Assembly (NCBI RefSeq): GCF_006345805.1 | Contig: NW_021828798.1 | Location: 1-7,686 of the forward strand | Direction of reading: 5' to 3' | Length of the DNA: 7,686 nt | DNA from: Octopus sinensis | Taxonomy: Eukaryota | Shown here: piece by piece, positions 1 through 6,190 of the stretch | How positions within the stretch are numbered: the first letter of the stretch is position 1 | How the letters are laid out: every line of letters starts with the position of its first letter | Translations under genes and position numbers: made by a program | The notes under the pieces: model-generated | The model's input: the letters and a program-made list of their open reading frames with translations, nothing else | Database searches by the model: none | What the model was told of the DNA's origin: nothing

Positions 1-166
1 AGTCGGTATGGAGGATGCTTACAGCCATTGGAATGAGAAGAATAGCTTGAAGGGTGGCTGTGCGCAGGATGTGAGAGGCAGCAGAAAGAGCTTCTTGCTG
101 GTTATGGGGTAAGAGTAAGGAGTTAAGAGATAGCATGTTTACGGTTAGAATGAATTTCAATGTAGG
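1..166 (-). pseudogene. Possible heavily decayed Penelope-like (PLE) reverse transcriptase C-terminal fragment
   Basis: The minus strand reads PTLKF (166-152), then in a shifted frame with stops AIS*LLTLT...HPAHSHPSSYSSHSNGCKHPPY (ends at 6). This resembles the recalled PLE RT series P-x-LKF ... ISFLDLT ... KPTDSH ... YxSSHPxxCKxxIPY with similar spacing (~36 codons between KF and YSSH). By-eye similarity only. Confidence 0.3.
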
Positions 167-268
167 TTTTTTCAGTCAAGAATTAAACAACAACAATGGC
201 GGCGAGTTGGTAGAATCGACGACATATTGGTCAAAATGTTCAGTAGCGTTTCTTCGGCTCTCTACATT

Positions 269-529
269 CTGAGTTCAAATACCTATTTCTTTACTACCCA
301 CAAGGGGCTAAACTCAGAAGGGACAAACAAGGACAGACAAACGGATTAAGTCGATTATATCGACCCCAGTGTTTCACTGGTACTTAATTTATCGACCCCC
401 GAAAGGATGAAAGGCAAAGTCGGTCTCAGCAGAATTTGAACTCGGAACGTAGCGGCAGACGAAATACCGCTAAGCATTTCGCCCGGTGTACTAACGATTC
501 TGCCAGCTGGCTGCCTGAGTTCAAATACC
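269..529 (+). repeat. 15-bp target-site duplication ctgagttcaaatacc (269-283 and 515-529) flanking SINE copy A
   Basis: Perfect 15-bp direct repeat immediately on both sides of copy A. Confidence 0.9.
284..514 (-). mobile_element. Full-length tRNA-derived SINE (family 1, copy A), cephalopod-type
   Basis: Reverse complement is ~94% identical to 693-925 by manual alignment (13 differences in ~232 bp). It has an A-box-like TGGCAGAATCG and a B-box GTTCAAATTC, ends ...gtaaagaaata, and has a 15-bp TSD. Confidence 0.92.
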
Positions 530-579
530 GCGTGGCTGATTTTGCCTTCCAAGCTTTCGAGGTCTATAAAGTTTGACAG

Positions 580-646
580 AATCAGAAAATGGTGGTATTT
601 CAATCAGAAAATGGCGGTATTTCAATCAGAAAATGGCAGTTATTTC
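580..646 (+). repeat. Three tandem copies of a 22-bp unit aatcagaaaatggcggtatttc
   Basis: Units at 580-601, 602-623 and 624-646, each with 0-2 differences from the unit. Confidence 0.92.
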
Positions 647-675
647 TTTTGCGTCTTCCTGGGTGAGAGCCAAAC

Positions 676-942
676 GAAATAGCGCACGCGAAGGTGGCGA
701 GCTGGCAGAAACGTTAGCACGCCGGGCGAAATGCTTAGCAGTATTTCGTCTGCCGCTACGTTCCGAGTTCAAATTCTGCCAAGACCGACTTTGCCTTTCA
801 TCCTTTCGGGGGTCGATAAATTAAGTACCAGTGAAACACTGGGGTCGATATAATCGACTTAATCCGTTTGTCTGTCCTTGTTTGTCCTCTCTGTGTTTAG
901 CCCCTTGTGGGTAAGTAAAGAAATAGAAATAGCGCCCGCGAA
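676..942 (+). repeat. 17-bp target-site duplication gaaatagcgc(a/c)cgcgaa (676-692 and 926-942) flanking SINE copy B
   Basis: Direct repeat with one mismatch (686 vs 936). Only a single copy is present in the uninterrupted Y at ~5489-5505. Confidence 0.9.
693..925 (+). mobile_element. Full-length tRNA-derived SINE (family 1, copy B), cephalopod-type
   Basis: A-box-like TGGCAGAAACG at 703-713, B-box GTTCAAATTC at 767-776, a 17-bp TSD, and an inverted near-identical partner at 284-514. Confidence 0.92.
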
Positions 943-1160
943 GTCCACTCTAATTTCCTTTTGCACATACGCTTTTCTTATATACCTCATTAACACATCA
1001 AACAGCGGGCATAATTAATAAACGAGGAAAAGAAAACGGGAAGGAAACAGCAAAAAATAACGAAAGCACAATGTGATTTAGGAGTTATTATACATGCAAA
1101 CGTACACGTTGTGATACGCACTCAGCCCCACCCTCATACGAACGCACACCCAAGGAGCGA

Positions 1161-1197
1161 TGTAATCGATTTACCCTCTTCCCTCAAAATTTTCGGG
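1161..1197 (+). mobile_element. Short SINE family-1-like 3' fragment
   Basis: cgatgtaatcgatttaccc resembles cgatataatcgacttaatcc of copy B (846-865). Confidence 0.35.
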
Positions 1198-1363
1198 TGT
1201 CCCCTTCAGGAAGTAATGTTGTGATCGCGGTCACTTATTTGCCGTGGAAACCAGGTGAGCGGTTTTCTTGACTCCTACAGCTCAAGAAATTTATTTTCGA
1301 AAAGAAAAAAGCAAGAAAAAAAGGCAGTAAAATAACGAAAACAATACAAATCAACACCCATGA

Positions 1364-1378
1364 GTGTGTGTGTGTGTG
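1364..1378. repeat. (GT)n microsatellite
   Basis: Direct inspection. Confidence 0.85.
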
Positions 1379-1610
1379 GGGGGAGTCAAAGGCTTTATAT
1401 AGTTGCTAAGCCTGCCAGTAATAGCAGCTAGATCTGTTGCAAATTGTGCCTTGCCCTTTTAGAAAGCTCAGTGTACCTGAATCTCAAACAGGTTGGGTGG
1501 CCATATGTATAACGCCTTCCTTTTCGCTCTTGTTTGCTCGGTCAGCGCAGACCTGGGATTAACAATTTCAATTACAACAACAATAACTACTGCTACTGAA
1601 GATAATAATG

Positions 1611-1612
<2 letters not shown>

Positions 1613-1645
<33 letters not shown>

Positions 1646-1663
1646 ATGATGATGATGATGATG
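1613..1663. repeat. (GAT)n microsatellite with a one-base register slip near 1646
   Basis: Direct inspection. Confidence 0.95.
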
Positions 1664-1670
1664 ACAACGA

Positions 1671-1740
1671 TACTACTACTACAGCTTCTGCTACCGTTAC
1701 CTCTGCTATTCCTACTACTTCCACTATTACTACTAAAATA

Positions 1741-1803
<63 letters not shown>

Positions 1804-1898
1804 TAGTAGTAGTAGTAGTAGTAGTAGTAGTACAGATGACACTGCTCTTGCTGCTACTACAACTACTACTACTTCTACTACTACTACTACTACTACTA

Positions 1899-1929
<31 letters not shown>

Positions 1930-1973
1930 GCTATTATAGTAAATCAATGACTACTACTACTGCTATTATAGTA
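1671..1973. repeat. Compound (CTA)n-like / (TAG)n / (CTA)n microsatellite block
   Basis: Degenerate CTA at 1671-1735, (TAG)n at ~1739-1830, (CTA)n at ~1853-1929. It ends in a 24-bp direct repeat actactactactgctattatagta (1918-1941, 1950-1973). Confidence 0.95.
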
Positions 1974-2202
1974 CACAGCGTCCAAAGCGCCATTATCAGT
2001 GATGACGACACAGAAGTTGACAACGACCGAAGAACGTCATCGGTAAAAGACTTGTCTTCAAATTTTCGGACAGACTCGCAATATAATTGCGATTGGGCAG
2101 GCAACGAGCGAGAGGAGAAGAAGACGGCATGGCATCAACCCTCAGAATGATGAGAACAAATTGTCAGCTATCTTCACAAATATTGACAGAGGTTCTTCTG
2201 GA

Positions 2203-2419
2203 GTTTGACAGAATCAGAAAATGGCGGTATTTCTCAGGAGACACCGGACATCATTAATAAAAGAGGAAAAGAAAAACGCGGGAAAGTAACAGTAAAAAAA
2301 AATAACGAAAGTACAATGTAGTTTAAGAGTTATTATACATGCAGACGTACACTTTGTGATACACACTCACGCCCTCACACACACAAATACGAATGCACAC
2401 ACACATTCATACGAACGCA
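2203..2419 (+). repeat. Unclassified repeat 'X', copy 2 (uninterrupted)
   Basis: Colinear with 571-601 plus 1002-1146. Only 7 nt (2234-2240) separate the segments that are 400 nt apart in copy 1. Confidence 0.75.
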
Positions 2420-2721
2420 AATACACACACATACACGCACACAAATATATGTGTGTATGTATTTATATAAGAGTCTATGAGTCTATGCGTATATTTAAAT
2501 ACACACAGAAAAAAGAGAGAAATTCACGCATACATGTAGAAATGTATATGCATATGTGTGTTTGTGTGTACACAGAGTCACACAGACACACACAGACACA
2601 TAGACATACTTATACGCAGATACACGTACACAAATAAACGGACCCCTTGGTTCATTTTGCGATGGTTCTGTCGATGAAAAATACTAAAAATGTCTGTATA
2701 GTTAGATAAATAGATAGACAG

Positions 2722-2723
<2 letters not shown>

Positions 2724-2766
<43 letters not shown>
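2724..2766. repeat. (TA)n microsatellite
   Basis: Direct inspection; abuts the 3' end of the family-2 SINE. Confidence 0.97.
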
Positions 2767-2769
<3 letters not shown>

Positions 2770-3066
2770 CGTGATCACCTTGACCGACCAGGCTATCAGA
2801 TGTTGCTACACATCGCTGGTCACAATGTACTTTGCATTGTTTTTAGCCTTCAAATGACGCCACCCCGCTGGCTAAGTGACCAGGCCAACAGAAGAAAGAG
2901 TGAGAGAAAGTCGTGGCGGAAGAGTACGGCAGGTGTTGCCACCACCCCCTGCCGGAGCCTCGTGTTTTCGCTCAATAAACACTCACAACGCCCGGACTGG
3001 GAATCGAAACCGCGATCCTACGACCGCGAGTCTGCTGCCCTAACCACTGGGCCATTGCGCCTCCAC
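2767..3066 (-). mobile_element. tRNA-derived SINE (family 2), probably near full length
   Basis: The minus strand begins gtggaggcgcaaTGGCCCAGTGG, a canonical A-box (3054-3044), with B-box-like GGTTTCGATTCCC (3011-2999). The tRNA-like head is followed by a ~230-bp body recalled as a common octopus SINE. The 3' boundary is approximate. Confidence 0.8.
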
Positions 3067-3075
3067 TTTTTTTTA

Positions 3076-3180
3076 AGGTAAAGTAGACCTGGGTGGAATT
3101 TGAAGTCAGAATGTAGTAATGGACGAAATACCACTGACCATTTTGTCCAGTGTGCTAATAATTCTGCCAGCTCACCACCT
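3076..3180 (-). mobile_element. Diverged 5' fragment of SINE family 1
   Basis: Aligns with many substitutions to 412-516 (gaatttgaa...gacgaaatacc...attctgccagctcaccacct). Confidence 0.8.
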
Positions 3181-3181
3181 C

Positions 3182-3478
3182 ATATATATATATATATATA
3201 TATAAGCATATATCCACCCATCTACATATACACACATGCACATGCAGACTCAGTGAAACAACCCTTTGAATCACCTTTGTAACTTTATGTCGATTGAAAA
3301 CATTGCAAGTGTATGTGTGTGTTATATGAGTGCGCATGTATACATACTCACACGCGCAAACTGGCATACACACGCACACACACACATACACACACACACA
3401 CACGCACAAATACGAATGGACACACGCATACACACACATGCACACACAAATACACACACACACTCGCACGCATGCACA
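3182..3478. repeat. (AT)n at 3182-3204 followed by compound (CA)/(TA)/(GT) microsatellite-rich tract
   Basis: Direct inspection. Confidence 0.85.
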
Positions 3479-3560
3479 TAATGAACGAGAGATATAATCA
3501 GACAGGTAGCTCTCATTACATCTCTCTCCTTTCTCTTCCCAATCTCTCTTTGGACTTTCC

Positions 3561-3600
3561 TTTGATATCTGACGAAGAACTATCTCCGAAACGTTATACT
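3561..3600 (+). ncRNA. Degenerate minimal type I hammerhead-ribozyme-like motif (Penelope type)
   Basis: CUGACGA at 3569-3575, extra A, weak stem II (gaactatctcc), GAAA at 3588-3591, palindromic stem III ACGU, H17=U at 3595, 3-bp stem I (uau/aua). Confidence 0.45.
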
Positions 3601-3967
3601 TATATTAACTATGAACGTCCCTTGGACTTTTGTTGTTTGTATTATTTGCATATGATGGCTTTTGATTTTTGTATAATTTTCAATCATACATACACATATA
3701 CAGATATATATAGATACATGGTTGCTCCATCTTCACAGCTGATTGCCGTCTCCTTGGGTTTCCTCACTCTCAATGGCATTTCTGACTTTCTGTCCATGCC
3801 CTCTCAGATAACTATGTAGGAAGCAAATTTATGAAAATCTACAAGTCTAGAATTATTGGCGAAGGAACAAGGAAATTTACAGTGTCTTAGAAATGCAAAA
3901 AAATTCATACAAGAAGAAAGATGCTTTTAAAAGATACAAAGACATAGTAATGCTTTTAAAAAAAAAG

Positions 3968-4068
3968 CACACACACACACATATACATATATGTGTGTAT
4001 ATACATATGTATATATGCATACACACAGATGTATGCACACATATACATATATATATATATGTGTGTGC

Positions 4069-4124
<56 letters not shown>

Positions 4125-4126
4125 TA
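3968..4126. repeat. Compound (CA)/(TA)/(GT) microsatellite with pure (TA)n at 4072-4117
   Basis: Direct inspection. Confidence 0.93.
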
Positions 4127-4214
4127 GGGAGAGTTTAGGAAAAAAACAAAAGACGAAGACAGGTGTGTACAAAACAACAGATATATTAGTATAACACTCA
4201 GGAATAGAAAAAGT

Positions 4215-4250
4215 CGTTTACGTTTCGAGCCTACGCTCTTCTACAGAAAG
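4215..4250 (-). ncRNA. Minimal type I hammerhead-ribozyme-like motif with variant core (CUGUAGA)
   Basis: The minus strand reads cuuu CUGUAGA a GAGC guag GCUC GAAA CGU a aacg. It has a perfect 4-bp stem II, GAAA at 4226-4223, palindromic ACGU stem III, H17=A at 4219, and stem I with 3 of 4 pairs. Confidence 0.6.
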
Positions 4251-4267
4251 GGATACAGAAAAAACAA

Positions 4268-4303
4268 GGAGAGAAAAAAGGAGAGAAAAAAAGAGAGAAA
4301 AAA
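4268..4303 (+). repeat. Three tandem 12-bp units (g/a)gagagaaaaaa
   Basis: Units at 4268-4279, 4280-4291 and 4292-4303. Confidence 0.85.
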
Positions 4304-4323
4304 GACACACACATGTACATATA

Positions 4324-5203
4324 TACAGGGGTGGGATAAAATAGTGGAAACACTTAGCATCATAGGATCATAATTTTGAAATATCTATAAAACCGTCAAA
4401 GGCTTGTTCATTTTTATGTTTTTTGATTTATTATTAGTGTTGCTTAATATGTTTTGCTAAAATTGCTGTTTCTTTTCAGATGACATCAAAAAAAGGTAAT
4501 TAAAATTCATTAAAACGACAGATCTATCGGATTTTGAAAGAGATGAGATTGTTGGTGTTCGTGTGGCAGGCGCTAGCTTAATGAAATCAGCCGAAATGCT
4601 TAGTGTTTCAAGAAGTACTGTTTCAAATGTAATGACAGCCTTTGACAAAGAGGGAAAAAACCTCCTCGTTGAAACAAAATTCCGGAAGAAAACAAAAACT
4701 TTCAGATTGGGGCTGTCGGACGCGAAATGTTAGAAAAGATCACAAAAGTACAGCCCCCCCAAATTACTGCAGAGCTTAATGACCACCTTGAGAACCCAGT
4801 TTTCCACAAAAACTATTCACTGGGAGCTGCACAAAGCCGGATTTCACAGGAGGGCTGCAATCAGAAAAACACTACTTTCAAAAACAAACGTTGCAAAGCG
4901 TTTAGAGAGGAGCAAAAATCCACAGAATTGATCTCTAGGGCAGTGGAAGAATGTTATTTTCTCGGACGAGTCATCCGTTACCTTATTTCCGACCACCAGC
5001 TGAATATACGTGTAGAGACAGCGAATAGAAGCATTAGATCCAGACTGCTTTCTTCCAACTGTTAAACATGGAGGAGTATCTGTGATGATCTGGTGGGGCG
5101 GGCTTTATCTTGGAAATCCGCCGTCCCAATGGTTTCTCTTCATGGCAGAATTAATAAAGACTATTTAAGCATTTTATCTGATCAAATTCATCCTATGGTT
5201 GCG
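4324..5203 (+). mobile_element. Tc1/mariner (Tc1-type) DNA transposon, decayed and 3'-truncated
   Basis: TA at 4324-4325 followed by CAGGGGTGGGATAAAATAGTGGAAACAC, a Tc1-like left TIR start, then a transposase relic. No matching right TIR was seen. Confidence 0.88.
4515..5203 (+). pseudogene. Tc1-family transposase pseudogene (HTH region and first catalytic Asp)
   Basis: Reads (ACG)TDLSDFERDEIVGVRVAGAS..AEMLSVSRSTVS (HTH) ... SGRKQKLS ... QITAELNDHLENPV/STKTIHWELHKAGFH ... WKNVIFSDES (4944-4973) ... TVKHGGVSVMIW ... LHGRINKDYLSILSDQIHPMV. There are several frameshifts and stops (TGA 5001, TAG 5013). The second D and the E of the DDE triad are absent. Confidence 0.92.
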
Positions 5204-5303
5204 TTTTTCTTTTATCTTTCTTCCAACCTCACTTGTATCATGTAGTTTGTAGAAAGAAAAACTTAGAAACATCTTCTGACCACATATTTCTATACTAGTC
5301 TGT

Positions 5304-5367
5304 CCGGGGCTATAGTAAAAGGCACTTGCTTAAGGTGTTGGAGAGTGGGACGGAGCCAGAAACCATG
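5304..5367 (-). mobile_element. Fragment of a third tRNA-type SINE (CORE-like accttxxgcaagtg motif)
   Basis: The minus strand reads catggtttctggctccgtcccactctccaacaccttaagcaagtgccttttactatagccccg, resembling a recalled cephalopod SINE head/CORE junction. Not verifiable inside the window. Confidence 0.5.
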
Positions 5368-5373
5368 AGAATG

Positions 5374-5411
5374 CATCGTTATTTCCAACCACATGGTTGA
5401 AAATAACGATG
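5374..5411. repeat. 38-bp near-perfect palindrome
   Basis: catcgttatttccaacca-ca-tggttgaaaataacgatg; 17 of 18 pairs, with one mismatch at 5385/5400. Confidence 0.92.
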
Positions 5412-5458
5412 GTTCTGCCAATTTGCGAGTCGTAAACGCAAAACCATGTAGCCACTTA

Positions 5459-5552
5459 CTTTTGCGTCTTCCTGGGTGAGAGCCAAACGAAATAGCGCCC
5501 GCAATAGTCCACTTTAATTTCATTTTGTACTTACACTTTTCTTATATACATC
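5459..5552 (+). repeat. Unclassified repeat 'Y', copy 2 (uninterrupted, empty-site form)
   Basis: Colinear with 646-692 plus 943-988. Confidence 0.85.
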
Positions 5553-5859
5553 CGTATTGATTTCTCTCATTGATGATACCATTCCCTACATAGGCACAAA
5601 GGTAATTATTTCCCCACAAAATTGTACTTGATATTCGAGACTCTAATAAAGTTATAAGGAGTTATTAAGGCACTCAGCTATGAGTCCACTGTATCTTATA
5701 GCAAAAATAGCTGTAAGCTAAGTTCATAAGATAATCACCAATTCCTTTGTCATCTCTTTCTTTCTTATTACCGTTCTACACTCAGCCAACACTTCATTCT
5801 GAAACATTGAGTTCTACACCGGGTTATTCATCTTGAAATGCCTGAGCGAAGTATTAAAG

Positions 5860-5921
5860 CACACACACACATATATATACACACATACACACAATATATA
5901 TACATGTATACATATATATAT
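5860..5921. repeat. Compound (CA)/(TA) microsatellite
   Basis: Direct inspection. Confidence 0.85.
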
Positions 5922-6060
5922 TAAACCACGGTTTGACCTTTAAATTACCTACTACCGTATGTCTTATAACAAGGACCATACATACTGAGGTAATACACCA
6001 AGAGTGCCTACGGTTACATCTATCACTTAGATGGTTGCATAACCTCTAACTTATATCTTA

Positions 6061-6069
6061 CACAATATA

Positions 6070-6152
<83 letters not shown>

Positions 6153-6185
6153 CACATACACATACATGTATATACATGCATATAT
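6061..6185. repeat. Alternating (TA)n/(CA)n compound microsatellite
   Basis: Direct inspection. Confidence 0.93.
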
Positions 6186-6190
6186 TTTAA

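Larger units (their letters stand above)
198..570 (+). mobile_element. Old, diverged tRNA-type SINE (family 1, copy C), split by copy A into 198-283 and 515-570
   Basis: 198-283 (ggcggcgagttggtagaatcg...ctgagttcaaatacc) aligns to the head of copy B at 693-776. 515-570 (ctgagttcaaataccgcgtggctgattttgccttccaagctttcgaggtctataaa) continues the alignment to 764-820. Confidence 0.8.
646..988 (+). repeat. Unclassified repeat 'Y', copy 1 (646-692 plus 926-988), interrupted by SINE copy B
   Basis: 646-685 is identical over 40 bp to 5459-5498. 943-988 aligns to 5507-5552. Confidence 0.85.
571..1146 (+). repeat. Unclassified repeat 'X', copy 1 (571-601 plus 1002-1146), interrupted by ~400 bp
   Basis: gtttgacagaatcagaaaatgg(t/c)ggtatttc is at 571-601 and 2203-2233. 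1002-1146 aligns to 2241-2419 (acagcgggcataattaataaacgagg...ttattatacatgca...catacgaacgca). Confidence 0.75.

Noticed and set aside
580-646. CRISPR-like direct repeats
   Set aside because: The units are directly tandem without spacers, and the context is eukaryotic.
355-824. ORFs 355-603 (-) and 573-824 (+) with similar peptides
   Set aside because: The similarity comes from the inverted SINE pair, and SINEs are non-coding.
1477-1552. Possible 76-nt minus-strand exon (cccag|...|gtacac)
   Set aside because: Weak pyrimidine tract and donor, no recognisable peptide, and no partner exons.
1597-1612. CTGAAGA core-like heptamer
   Set aside because: It lies in microsatellite context with no stems and no GAAA.
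1468-2150. Long ORFs with poly-Y/L/S/V/D/M runs (1468-1947, 1493-1741, 1836-2150)
   Set aside because: They are open only because trinucleotide microsatellites lack stops in some frames. The hydrophobic, signal-like stretches are repeat artefacts.
2990-3066. tRNA-like sequence as a real tRNA gene
   Set aside because: It has A and B boxes, but I could not build a convincing acceptor stem or cloverleaf, and it continues into a SINE body.
2356-4194. Many HT-, YI- and CV-rich ORFs (also 6023-6305 and 7119-7529)
   Set aside because: These are translations of (CA)/(TA)/(GT)/(GAGT) microsatellites.
727-4603. cgaaatgcttag shared by the SINE (727-738) and the Tc1 transposase (4592-4603)
   Set aside because: An isolated 12-mer with no flanking homology; chance.
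4727-5065. 112-aa ORF as an intact gene
   Set aside because: It is mostly out of frame with the transposase. Only PQITAELNDHLENPV is in the true frame.
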